A stretch of 64,000 bases of DNA from Salpingoeca rosetta. Lineage: Eukaryota > Protista > Choanoflagellata. The stretch covers positions 45,900 through 109,899 of the forward strand of contig JAWQFM010000035.1 in the NCBI GenBank assembly GCA_033442325.1. Direction: 5' to 3'. Each line of letters opens with the position of its first letter. Position 1 is the first letter of the stretch. Shown here in pieces: positions 25,113-48,388 of the stretch. The notes under the pieces were generated by a model. It was not told where the DNA came from and ran no database searches. It was given only the letters and a program-made list of their open reading frames with translations. The position numbers were made by a program, and so were the translations under genes.

Positions 25113-25484
25113 TTGTGTGTTTGTGTGTGTGTGTGTGTTTGTGTGATTGTGTGTGTGTGTGTCTGTCTGTCTGTGTGTTTGTGTGTGTCTGTGTATTTGT
25201 CTGTGCGCACACGGCTGCTTGTGATTCTGGGTGAGTGCACCGGCTCGCATGCATGCTTAGTTTGAGCACGTTGCAGTCACCATCATGCACAAATCCTCAC
25301 CCCCGCCGCGTGTGCAGGTGGAGATCTCACGTCCGTTTCGCATCACATCGCCGAGGACTTCTTCATCTCAAAGGTCGTGCACATGTGTTTGTGTGTCTTA
25401 TCAGATAGGTGGGGTTGATTCCACCGCCACGCTCACATGTTTTCTTCAACGCCGCCAACGACACACACACACACACACACACTT

Positions 25485-25577
<93 letters not shown>

Positions 25578-26149
25578 GTGTCTCTCTCTCTGTCTCTCTG
25601 TCTCTCTTTCTGTCTCTCTCTCTCTCTCTCTCTCACTCTCACTTGCTCTCTCTGTCTCTCTCTCTCTCTCTTACATTCACACACACATACACTGTCAACA
25701 GGCGCTGCATGATGCTGGATTGCGTCATGTGCTGGCCCCGCCCCCCGCCGTGCAGCGGCAGCAGCCGCGAGCCATTGCCAACATCGCTGCTCGACACCTT
25801 CGCTGGGGACGACTGCGACGCGGTAACACGCCGCTGCTGGCATTGCTCGAACCGCTGACAGAACCACTCATCCTCATCGTCATCGCATGCACTCTCCTCA
25901 CTGTCTGCTGCCCTGGTGGTGGTGGTGGTGAGAGCACACGACTGCCGTCGTCGGTAGTCGTGGGTGGTCTTGACGTCGTGTCGTGGCGCACAGCCATTGC
26001 ACTGCTTGCTGGCGTGTGGCTGGCCGTGGATGCAGCCACCATTGCTCTTCTTCGCTCCATGTGCACTCGAGTCAATGGCAGTCTCTCACAACAGCAGCAG
26101 CAGCAGCAGCGGAGCTTGTGCACCATCCCTCTGGCCTGGCTCATCCGAC

Positions 26150-26237
<88 letters not shown>

Positions 26238-26482
26238 ACACCTGTGCACGCGTGACCGCTTGCGTTGTCGTTGCTGCCAGCATCTTGTGTTTGTTTATGT
26301 TTTGTTTTTTGCGTTGACATGTACTCCCTGCGCGCTGACGACCACCACCACCTTTGTTTGTGCTTCGCCGTCCACAGGGGAGTGCGGTGCTGCTGTATAT
26401 TGGGGCGCTGTCGTCGCGTGATGTGCACTGGCGCGGGCGGCAGTACCATGTCACCAGCACAGGCAGCCGCCCAATCACCTGA
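23717..26482 (+). CDS. UGCG: Ceramide glucosyltransferase (GT21)
   Basis: N-terminal TM, then [75 protein letters not shown] and RHLRWGRLR (D,D,D,RxxRW signature), [14 protein letters not shown]. Stop TGA at 26480-26482. Confidence 0.9.
25487..25670. repeat. (CT)n/(CTGT)n compound microsatellite in a UGCG intron
   Basis: Direct observation. Confidence 0.9.
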
Positions 26483-26821
26483 CAACGGCGGTGGTGGTGG
26501 TGGTGGTGGCGAATGATATTGTACGTTTCTACACGTTGCGTTGTGTCGATGTCATGTGTCACCCAAGGCCTTTTGTCTGTCTGGGCCAAATATGTTTATG
26601 TTTAGTTCGATTCGATTTGCATACGCCAGCAAGCAAGCAAGTGTGCACACGTGTCGATTAGCCAATGACATCACGAATACATATTAAACGAGGGCAAGTA
26701 CGGCTATGGTTGCGTGACAACAGATCACAGAGAGGATCAATTCATCTCTGTCGCCATCGTGCATGTTGGCCAGGTTGTATTGCACTGCTCGCCACCACCA
26801 CTTGTCGTGCACATGTGCACA

Positions 26822-32123
<5,302 letters not shown>

Positions 32124-32261
32124 ATCCAGCAGTCCTGTCTTTCCTTTCGCCTTGCCGCTGGCAAACTGCTGACTCAGGAATTGGTGCTGGAAAAGTATTG
32201 GAAGATTTGGCATGAGTCAGCCCTCGCGTGTTCACATTAGACAGAGCGTGTTCACAGAGTG

Positions 32262-32311
32262 CCTTTTTCTTCCTTTGCCTCTGTCGCCCACCACCACCAC
32301 AAGCGATACAC
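32262..32311 (+). promoter_or_regulatory. Putative TCT/5'TOP-like start and non-coding first exon of RPS18
   Basis: CCTTTTTCTTCCTTTGCCTCT tract, then a donor-like CAC|GTGAGG at 32312 and an acceptor CACAG|G ATG at 32633-32635. Confidence 0.5.
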
Positions 32312-32634
32312 GTGAGGCAGCCTGTGTTGGTTATGAGAGCAGCCAGCCTCTCGGTGCTGCTGTTCATGCGTGCGTGTGTGTCTGTGTGTGCATGTGTGTG
32401 TCTGTGTGTGAATGTGTGTGTCTGTGTGTGAATGTGCTTGCTCATGCGTGCCACGACAAGCACGCACAGCCATGTGCCACATCACACCCAGATGCACCGC
32501 ATTTGCACGTACAGCTGCACAAGTGTACATGTGATTTTTTTTTGACGCCACTGCCTGCTTCCCGCATCAGCTCACCGCCATCATCACCTCTGCCCAACCT
32601 TGCCCTTCCCTTTCCCTGCCCGCTTCCACACAGG

Positions 32635-32820
32635 ATGTCGATCGTCTTCCCGCAGGAGTTCCAGCACATCCTTCGTGTTCTCAACACGAACTTGGCTGGT
32701 GAGGAGAACATCATGTACTCGCTCACCGCCATCCGTGGTGTGGGCCGCCGCTACTCCAACCTCTGCCTCAAGAAGGCCGAGATTAACCAGAAGCAGCGCG
32801 CCGGTCAGCTGGTGCGTAGC

Positions 32821-32852
<32 letters not shown>

Positions 32853-33979
32853 CAGGTACTTTTGTGTTTGTCGTTGTGTCAGTGCGAATGTGGGCATGCG
32901 CAGCCACGAACCGCCCCGCGACGATGAAAGAAAGATTCGCCGTCGATGGTGATGAGAAGGGAACATGTGTGCAGAGAGCACAGCTGCAGCGAGGGTGGAG
33001 ACGACGCGCAGACCCTCCCAGATCTCCATCACCAGCTGTCTCCGTTTGTCTGGTGGTGCTGTGCCTGTGCAGACCACGGCTCTCTCGACCACAGCACTCC
33101 CAGCCAGCCAGCTCAATCCTTGTTGCTGTCATGTGCGCATCCACTCTTCCTTCCATGCTCACCCACTCCACCAAACTTTGCACACACGCACACACACTCA
33201 CTCACACACACACACACACACACACACACGTTCCCTCCGTCTCCCTTGTTCTTCCACGCCACCAATGCAGAACAACGACGATGTTGATCGCATTGTCAAG
33301 GTCATGCAGAACCCCCTCCAGTACAAAATCCCCAAGTGGTTCCTCAACAGGCAAAAGGACCCCAAGGACGGCGCATACCAGCACTGCGTTGCCAACGACC
33401 TCAACTCCAAGCTCCGCGGTAAGCAGCAGTGATGCGTGCGTGTGTGTGCGTGTGTGTGAGAGTTGCATGTGCTGTCCTTTGCGAGGTGACGTTGGTGTGC
33501 ATTTGTGTTGCTGTTGCACGGTGACCCGAAGCCCTCTGCTATCCGTCCTGAACCCACCTTGCCACTTTGTTTCATCGCTGATTATGTTCTTCTTTACATA
33601 TTGTGTGTTGTTTCGTGTCACCAGACGACTTTGAGCGCATGAAGAAGATGCGCCTTCACCGCGGTATCCGTCACATGTGGGGGTGAGTCTTCTATGTCAT
33701 GTCAACTTTGCTCTGCCGTGTGTGGGCGGTTGCACTGGTGGGCTTGGTGGTGGTGGCCAAGTCACGTGCTTGGGGTGTGTGCGTGACCGCTTTAATTGCT
33801 GTGCATCTTCATCATATTGCTTTGCGGTTCACTCACCACATTGATGTTTTGTTGTTCCCCGCTTGCCCTCCCATTTGCCATCGCCACACACGTACAGCGT
33901 GCGCGTGCGCGGTCAACACACAAAGACGACTGGCCGTCGCGGCAAGACCGTCGGTGTCGCCAAGAAGAAGGGCCTGTAA
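32635..33979 (+). CDS. RPS18: 40S ribosomal protein S18 (uS13), 4 coding exons
   Basis: [24 protein letters not shown]; [17 protein letters not shown]; [17 protein letters not shown]; [26 protein letters not shown]. Confidence 0.97.
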
Positions 33980-34396
33980 GCCTCTACCAGCGACGTCTTC
34001 TTTGGCCCCGTGTGCTTGTCTCTTCAATGTCGTTTGTTTGTGGCTGTTGCTCTTTGCTTCTTGTGTGGTGGTGAACAACAGGGCATCGAACCGTTGTCTG
34101 AGCTTCGCTTGCTTGCCTGCTCGCGTCTCCACCCCACATTTGCACACATACACACACATATAATGCACACCCATCCAGACACCAGACCAAGAGAGTGACG
34201 GCCAGAATACACACGCCATCACTCGAGTCACCCGTCAAGCGAGAGAAAGTGGAAAAGAAGCGAAGTCGAGGGACAACAGCCGCGTGCGTCTGAATTGTGC
34301 TGCCTTTTTCTTCTTCTTCTGTTCCCACACACAGCAACAGCAACACGCGCGCGCTCCACTGCACTGCACATCGCATCTGAAGCCACACCAAAGACA

Positions 34397-39305
<4,909 letters not shown>

Positions 39306-39450
39306 TGCTCAGCAGCAGCAACAACAGCAGGTTCTGCTTCCACAACAACGTCACGTGTATGAATACATCATGTGCACGCGTGACAAGGGTGGCTGACGTG
39401 TTGCTTGTGGCTGTGGACATTGTGTTGGATGTTCCCTACTATCGAATGTA

Positions 39451-39491
<41 letters not shown>

Positions 39492-39667
39492 CGTGTGTGT
39501 GCATTGTGTTGCGTGTTGCTTCTCAGCTGTCGAAGTTCCTTCTGCGGTTTAGCCCAAACACATGCGCGCCCAATGAAGAGATGAACACATCGTTGCGTAG
39601 TGGTACGCGTGTCTGTTTACAATCACATCACACCCGCGAACAATGGGTGCATAGCGAGTACAACACA

Positions 39668-39698
<31 letters not shown>

Positions 39699-39876
39699 TA
39701 CACACAATATAAAAGAGGGGTTGAGCCTATCAGATACTCGAAAAACAAAAACGTTTACTCTCAAGAAGTAGACGTTGGGAAGTAATGTAACAACAGAACT
39801 GTGCGATAAAATGTTCCTTTAGCTGTTCACTATCACTATCCACCACCACCATTCGTCGTGGTCGTTGTTGTCGTCA

Positions 39877-40268
39877 TCAGTGCAAGGGTGCGGTGGAGGC
39901 GAGGATGGACTTGACCTTGATCACCGTTGCCCAGATGACGCCGTTTGCAATGACAGCACGTGCACAGCACGTCGCAAACCCGCGATAGAAACCCGCAACG
40001 CCAAACGAGCTGTGGATGTAGCGTGCAGCGGCGGCGTAGGTCGGGTGCCTGCCATGACACGCGCAGATGGCGGGGGGGGGGGGAGGTCATGGCGTTGATG
40101 TTAAGGGGTGTGATGTGAACGGAAGGGTCGCAACATGGTAATGATTGCTCAATGGAAATGGTTTTCATGTGCGCACGCACGCATTCATAACCCTTAATTC
40201 AAACGTTCTAACGTTACCCACAAACACACACACACACACACACAACACACACACACACACACACGTTG

Positions 40269-40299
<31 letters not shown>

Positions 40300-42008
40300 T
40301 GCACACACATTGCACACACACACACACACACGTTGCACACACACACACACAGAACAAAACACACACACACACACACACACGCACACAACGGACCTGCGCT
40401 GCGCCGGGTCGATGGCGTCTGACATGAGGACGGACTTGAGCACGTCCGTTGGATATGTCGTGACCCAATACATGAGACCAGCGATGCCGCCGCACGCAAA
40501 GTTGAACAGCACGGGGAGATCGTCCACCTTGTAGTTGAGGTGGCGGGCGCCGAGCGTGCGCCCATACTCAAAGCAACCAAAGTAGACGGCATTGGCGGGG
40601 ATGTTGCGGAGCAGCGTGGCGTGCAGGGCCTGGTACGGGCCGCGGATAACGCCGTTGGTGCGAACACACTCCCGCGCCACGTCCAGCACAGACCGCCGCA
40701 TAGCAGTCTCTGGCAGTGGCCGTGACGTCGCAAACAGTGTGGGCCATAAACGTGGGGATGGGATGTACAAGGCAGGGGACCATGGTGACGTGTGAGGGAA
40801 CACAGTGAAGCGGTGAAGTGCGTTGGAGGGGGGGGGGAGGGAGAGGCACGCAAACTGGTGTGCGAGACACCTTGTGCATGTACGTGCGACCGGTGTCTCG
40901 CACACACACACACACACTCTCTCTCTCTCTCACCCACATCCACACACACACACACGCACACACACACACACGCACACACACTCACACAAACACACACACA
41001 CACAAAAACACACACACACACACAAACACAAACACACGCACACACTTCGGTGGATGTCTGTTTGCACTTGGGACTTGAAGAGATCGATGGGGCTCTCCAC
41101 CATGGCTGCGGCAGCGCCAGTCATTGCGCCGGCGGCAAAGTAGTGCAGCGCTGGGAGCCGTTGGCCATTCTCTTCCCGCAGCCACTGCAGCAGCCGCGTG
41201 CTCTGCCCAAAGGAGAAGAATAGCGTGGCTCGGAAGAACATCTGGCCCGCCAGCGGCGATGTCACGCCTGAGGCAGATGAAAGGGGGGGAGTGTGTTCAA
41301 TTGGTAGTGGTGTTGTTGTTGACGACGACGACGAATGGTGGTAGTGGTGGTGGTGATGAGTGGATCGGAGGGGAGAGTTACACAAGCCAAAGATCGCGGA
41401 AAGAGAAGCAAAGCACAGACACACACACACGCGCGCGCGCGCGCACGCACACACACACATGCACACAAACGCACGGACCTTTGTAAAAGCCACTGATGCC
41501 TTCCTGTGCCCATGTTTTGTGAACGCAGTCCAATGTTGAGCTGCAAAGCGAATCGTGCAGGCGTCAATCCTGCGCATCACATCACGCCACATCGCCCAGC
41601 ACCGCAGCACACGACTACAATGCTGCATAACAGCATCCACGCGGTGACGCTCAACCTCACCTGTACACTGGGTTGGTCTTTGGCTGCGTCTGCAGACGAA
41701 CCTACGGAGCATCAACAAGAAGAACAAATCAGCCACGAGAAAAGCAGACCTCAGAGGTTTTGAGTGTAGCGATTCACCACCTCGCACTGTGACAAAGCGG
41801 CAGTGTAAGCGGCAGTGTAAGCGGCAGTGCAAGTGGCAGTGCAAGCGGCAGTGCAAGTGGCAGTGCAAGCGACAGTGATGGCACTCATTTCCCGTAGACA
41901 ATGGCGACACGAAACGCACAAACACAGACCGACCTTGACTGTGTCAAAGGGGTGGCCAACAAGGGTGAGCGCAATCCCCCCGACGGTGCCAGCTATCACA
42001 TCGTCCAT
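39877..42008 (-). CDS. Mitochondrial carrier (SLC25), carnitine/acylcarnitine / YMC / BOU-like subfamily
   Basis: Three carrier signatures: GHPFDTVKVRLQTQ, ESPIDLFKSQVQ, TYPTDVLKSVLM. Also EGISGFYKGVTSPLAG, LLRNIPANAVYF and GFYRGF. ATG at 42008; TGA at 39879-39877. Confidence 0.92.
41795..41877. repeat. 12-bp minisatellite (AAGYGGCAGTGY) x7 in carrier intron 1
   Basis: aagcggcagtgt, aagcggcagtgt, aagcggcagtgc, aagtggcagtgc, aagcggcagtgc, aagtggcagtgc, aagcgacagtg. Confidence 0.92.
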
Positions 42009-42064
42009 GCTTGCTTGGCTTGCTTGGCTTGCTTCTCGCAACCACTGTCTGTCTGTCTGTCTCT

Positions 42065-42101
<37 letters not shown>

Positions 42102-44500
42102 TGCGTGCGTGTGCGTGCGTGTGTATGTCTGCCTGTCTGCCTGCCTGCCTGTCTGTCTGCTGCTCGTGTTGCTGGAGCGCGCCGTGTCCGTTGCTTCGCT
42201 CGTCCGCGCGTCAATTGGCGTACGACAGCACAACTTTTGCGGCTGACTTTGGGATTGATGGCGTCATTTGCGATAATTTACGTATATTTTCATGTAAAAA
42301 TCGGACGGCCCACGCCACATTGCCAGATTTCCCAATTTTTGTTTATTCTGCCCGATTCTTTCACGACTTTTCGTTTGCCAACACGCACCGCAACCCACAC
42401 CCGTCCTCCTCCCCTTCTGTCCTCCTCCTCGCTCACCATCCACCACCATCAACGCGACACACACACACAGGTGCGTGGCTGGCTCTCCTTGCCTTGCCTT
42501 GCTGTGATGCGACCGGCACGAACTCCAACCAATCCGCCAACCAACCAGCCAACCAACCCCCAAAGGGCACACACGCTACGACACATCACCTTTACTTCTC
42601 GCCTTTGTTTTTTATTGGCTTCCTTTCTTGCTTGCTTGTTGTCTTGCTTCGCCATCAATCATCATCACTGCTTCGCGAGGCAGGACTTGCTTCCTGCTCT
42701 TGCTCAATCATACCGCTCACATCAACGCACACACCACACACACGCACACACACACGCACATACACACACCGCATCACACGCATCACACGCACGCACACGT
42801 ACGCTCACACATACACACACCACCACGCGTCACGCCATACGAACCAACCAGAGCACATCCATCTTCAACTGACACACAACCTACCAGCATCACGCACGCC
42901 ATCAGGTACCGTTTGTGTTTCGCGTGCTCATGTTTCGCTTTTGACACCAGGTCGTGCGTTGTTTCGGGCTGGTCCTGCGAGCCTCGTGTGCGTGCGTGTG
43001 CGTGTTTGCCTGCGTGTGCCTGTGTGTGCGAGTGTGCGTGCGAACGCACGCACAATGGCCAGGGTGCGTCCTACTTCTCCCTCTTTCCCCTTTTGTCTTC
43101 CTCTTCCCTTCCTTCGTCTGATTGCCCTTCCCACTTCGCGCGGCTCCCCAAGCAAGTGATTTTCAACTGCCACCTTCCCCTCCTCTCGATGTTTTTCTCG
43201 TGTCTGTTGGATGTGTTGACATGCAATCCTACGTGTGTGTCACGCACGGACTGCCTGTCGTCGACACGAGACTTTGAAGCCGCGCTGTCCTTGTTGATTG
43301 CCTCCACCCTATTGCGTCTTGCATCCTTCGGCCGTTGCATTTCTCTTCCCACCTGTTCTCTCGCCATCTTTGTGTCCCTTGTAATTGCGAGCGGCGCATG
43401 TTCTCGCACTTGCGTGATGACGCTGGCTTTTTGTGGCAGTGGCCCGTCTGTCATCTGCGACCGTTACGGCTGCAGTGCAACGCGCATGCGCATGATGCGC
43501 ATGATGCGCCCGAACCGCTTCTAAACACACCGCTGCCATTGCTCGTGCTTTGCGCTTTTGTCCTACTTCCTCCTTCTGCCGCGCCCGCGTCGCATCTTTC
43601 CCATGTCCTCTCCCCCACCCTCTGGTTTCTGCTGCGCGCTTTGCTTTCGTGTCGTGCTGCAGCCGACTGCACCCGCCTGCGTTTGGGGCTGCCGTGGGTG
43701 CGGTGTCGTGGTCGGTGTGGGTGGTTGCTTGCTGACTATTTATTATCGCTGGCGGTGTCCTTTCTTCTTCCCTCGCTGCCTGGGTGCGGTCACTTGGTCG
43801 TTTACCACTCCACCCTCACCTGCCAGCACCCAAATCAAGCAAGACCGCGGTGCGGTGGCTCTCCCTGCTCGCACCATTGTTTCCATGACTTCATTTCCTC
43901 CATTGCCATCGACCTGTCCCCCTCCCCTCTTCGTTCCCCTTGCCACCATTGTATTACCACCTCGCACCTCCTGTTGCGAACCCCCCTCGCTCGCTGCGGG
44001 TCTTGTTCATGTTGATGTGGCTCGCAGCTAACACTCCTTCCATTCAGCATCCGCCGTAGTGTATTGGGTGCTGGCTGTCCCACCACGCACACACCGTGCA
44101 CAAGCGTCCTTTGCTTGCACGGCTCCCACAACAACCTCTTACCCCGTCCCCGTTCCCTTCTCCTCCTCCTTCCTTTTCTTTGCGTCTTCTTGACGCCTCC
44201 CTTGTCCCTGCCCTGTTCGCTGGGCTCGTGTGTCGACACCTGACCACCCTTCTTCCGCTCCTCCTTCCCCATTCATCCATCCTACCTGCCTTTTTTTCCC
44301 TCCTTCATCATCACTCCCTGCGCAATACGCACCCGCGCGCTCGCACGCCATCTCATAACCACCCCCCCCTCCCTCCGTGCTTGCCTCCTCTCCCTGGCCT
44401 CACATCTCACGGCCAACTCACGGCCAACTCACGGCTGCTTGTGTGCTTGATTGCTTGGTTGATTGATTGATTGCCCACAACAACACCAACGACCGTCGCC

Positions 44501-47500
44501 ATGCAGCGCTACTTCTTCTCATCGCTCCCGCTGATTGTGCCCCAGCACCCAGCAACACCGCCCGCCTCCACCCCGGGCCTCTCCCCGCTCCGCTACACGC
44601 ACCCAACTTACCAACACCACCCGCTGCCTTACCCCTATCCCTACCAACAGAAGCCGCAGCAGCAGCAGCAGCAGCAGTACAAGTCCAAGTTTGTGTACTC
44701 GCCCCCGTTTCAGCTGCTCACCCCGCCCGCCCCAACAGCGACAGCAGCGCGAACACCGCAACTGTCGCCAATGACGCCGCAACCGCCCGGGCCCGGAGCA
44801 GCGGTGCTGCACCCGCAGCCGCCATCCCCCGCCACCCAATACCAGGCATACCCACACGTGCAACAACAACAACAGCAGCAGCAGCAGCAACAGCAACAGC
44901 GGCAACAGCAGCAGCGGGTGCCTGGTGGTGTCGGCAGTACTGAGGCTGTGTCACGTGGATACCAACCCAAGGCGAGCCAGCCAATGGCGATGACAATGGC
45001 GATGGCGATGAATGGTGGGACGGCCACCAAGCAGCATCAGGTGTGCAGCACAGCAGGCATGGCCAACGGTCCGCTGTCAGCCACCATGTCGCTCCCCGCC
45101 ACGCCAGCAACACCACTGACCCCACAGGCGTCTGCAGCAGGCACGGTCACAACGACAACAACGACAACAACGACAGTAGCGGCGGCGGCCACTGACAGCG
45201 TGTCGCTGTCACGGGAGGCGTCTGATGCTGCCGACGCAACCGTCCACACCAAGACCGCAACCAGTGGCTGCACGCGTGTCAACAGCAAGGACGGCGGCAA
45301 GAAGGACGTGTCGTCGCCCGCGTCTTTGGAATCGCCGCTGGTGCGGTCGCGCGAGGGAAGTGCCAGCGACGGCAGCGCTGATGACGAGGACGTGTCTGCA
45401 GGCGTCGACAGCCCAAGCAGTGCAGGCTCAGCCGCCACAACCACCAGCACAACCGCCACCACGATGCATGGCGGTGTTGATGGTGTTGATGGTGGCAGCC
45501 GGCGTGCGAGCGACCCGGCCATCAGCCCCGGTGCCGCAGAGCCAGCAGCAGATGGCAACAGCGCCACCGCTCCCCAGCACCAGCACCACCAGCAGGCAGC
45601 GGTTGTGTCGAGCATATCACCACCAGCAGCAGCCGCAACCAACGCCGTGGCGCTGAAGACCTGCATTTCAAACACCAGCAACTCAAGCAACACGAGCAAC
45701 TCGAGCAACTCAAGCAACACGAGCAACAGCGCTGGCGTGTCGACAGGACATGGGTATTCGTCGATGGTGCCGGGCGGCCGGGCGTACCCGCTGCAGGCAG
45801 CGAACTCCATGCCACCACAGCAGCAACAGCAACGGCAGCAGCCGACAATGGGGACGCCAATGATGCAGCACGGGCAGTACATGCACACAGCAATGCAGCA
45901 GCAGCAGCGGCCAGCAATGGCGGGCGTAAACCAGTACCAGGCTTGGGGCTATGCAGTGTGGCAGTCGACACAACAGCACGGCGCTGCGCCCACCGGCACA
46001 ATGTCTGGCAGCAACAGCAACAGCGGCACCAGCAGCACCAGCAGCAGCGCATATCGCCCAATGCCCATGGCGGGATACAGCGGCACTTCACCCGCGCCCC
46101 TGGCCCACACCTGGCAGCAGCAGCAGCAAGGCGGGGCTGACCTCACCCAGAGCAACGGCAGCGCGGTGAACAAAACAAAAAAGACAACAGCGACAGTGAG
46201 CGCTAGCACCAGCAACAATGGTACTGGTACCGTTAAGGCTGAGCTGACGGCCGCTGTCAGCAGCACAAAGACGAGTGCCACACCGAAGAACACAACGACG
46301 ACGCCAGCCCCAGTGAAGCAGGAGCCCGCAGCCAATGCGAAATCGTGGCGGCCACAGCCAATCACAGCACCATCGCCAGCAGCAGCGACGATGGCGGTGA
46401 AGAAAGAGGCAAGGCAGCCAACGACTACAACGGCAACAGAGGCGCAAGTGGTGGCGTCACACGGGGAGCAGGGAGAGGCGGCACTCGCCATGATGTCCAT
46501 GATCGAGAACATGCATGCCCAGGCACCCGCCACAGCCACGTCCACGTCCACGTCCACGGCGACAGCAGCAACGACGCCAACGTCAAGCGCCGTGAAGAGC
46601 AGCACCAGCAGCACCAGCGCGGCGGCGCCGCCACTCTACCAACAGCAGCAACGGCTTGTTTCATCGTCGTCGTCGTCGTCGTCATCGATGCTGCCTGCGA
46701 CAAGCATGGCGGGGCAGACGCTGAGCGGCGTGTCTGTGATGTCGCCGTACAGTCTGCAGAGCTACAACCCGCAGCAGTACCAGCAGCAGCAGGGCTACAT
46801 GCAGGGCCAGCACTCGCCCTACTATGCCCAACCCATGCAGCGGCAGCAGCAGCACCAGAATGGCGGGCATGGGCCACAGGGCACCAAGCTGTCAACAACG
46901 ACACCAACCCCAGCTACCGCCACAGCGACTGCGACCACGCCTATCGGTGTTGCCCCCGCCACCTCGACCAACGGCCGCGGCAGTGGTGCTGATGGTGATG
47001 GTGTGACGACTGGTGCCATGATGGCGCCAACAACGGCGAGCGGTGAAGGGCGGTTTGTGTGCAACGTGTGCAACCGCACGTTCTCGTGCTCGTCCAACCT
47101 GCACCGCCACCACCGCACACACACGGGGGAGCGGCCGTACGCGTGTGCGCACTGCGGGGAGCGGTTTGTGAACAGCAGCAACCGGAACAAGCACGAGCAG
47201 GCGCATGCGGCGCGGGCGCTGCGGTCGCTCGGGCAGAAGGGCGGCATCACAACAGAGCTGCAGCAGGCCGACCAGCTCGCCATCGCCCGGGTACGTACGC
47301 ACGCACCAACGCGTCGCTGTGTCGGCCGGGTGTTGCTAGAGGAATGGGCAGGGGTGTTGGGCAGGGGTGTTGATCAACGAAAACGAGAGAAGGAGAAAAA
47401 AGGGTGATGTGTGTTTTGTTTGTTGTGGGGAGGAAGAGCGTGTGCTCAGTTGTTCTTTTGTGCGTGCTGTTGCTGTGTGCGTACCCCGTGATTCCGTGAC

Positions 47501-47758
47501 TTCACCTGCTCGCTCTGTTCCTCATGCCCATCCTCCCTCTGTGCGTTCCCGCACGTCTCAGATCCAACAGGAGGCGGCGAACAACCCGCTGCAGCTGCTT
47601 GCGCTGACGATGCAGATGATGGATGAGGGCCCCGATGCCCCCAAGCGGAAGCGCTCAAAGCCGCGCTCCACCAAGCGACACCTCTGTGCTGACTGCGGCA
47701 AGACTTTCTCCTGCTCCTCCAACCTCCACAGGCACCGCCGCGTGCACACAGGTGTGTG

Positions 47759-47831
<73 letters not shown>

Positions 47832-48077
47832 CTCCGTAGCCGATAGCTTTGTGCGCCGCTGTGGGAAGTGCTTTCCCTTTGCTTTCCGCTGTGCCTCACT
47901 AGCACCCTCCGCTCCTTTCTGCACTCGTCTTGCTCTCGCCCGGTTTCGTGTGCAGGGGATAAGCCATATGCGTGCAAGTTTTGCGGGACGCACTTCTCCA
48001 ACAGCAGCAACCGGCGCAAGCACGAGCGCTGCCACTGCAAGCTGCGGCCCACAGACGGCAGCATGAACCTTTCGTAG
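44501..48077 (+). CDS. C2H2 zinc-finger transcription factor (two finger pairs) with a long Q/S/T/A/P-rich N-terminus
   Basis: Exons 44501-47290, 47562-47751 and 47956-48077. Fingers: [49 protein letters not shown] and [49 protein letters not shown]. NLS-like PKRKRSK. Confidence 0.9.
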
Positions 48078-48339
48078 GGTGTGTGACGGTGGTGACAACG
48101 GCCCTTGCTGCTGCTGCTGTGCTGAATGCCTTGTTCTTTCTTAACTGAGCGACTTGTTGCAATATGTCGATACAGGCTGTGTGTGTGTGTGCGCGTGTGT
48201 GTGTGTGTGTGCGTGTCCGTGTGTGTGTATGTGATGTGCTTCTAGGGAAGAAGAAAGAGTGTATTGTGTCGCACCTTTTCGCGAGTGTTTTCCTGATATG
48301 AGTTGATGTATTGGTGTGATGTGGTGGGTGTGACATGAC

Positions 48340-48388
<49 letters not shown>

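Noticed and set aside
41795-41877. CRISPR-like array
   Set aside because: Contiguous 12-bp units with no spacers, no cas genes, and located in a eukaryotic intron.
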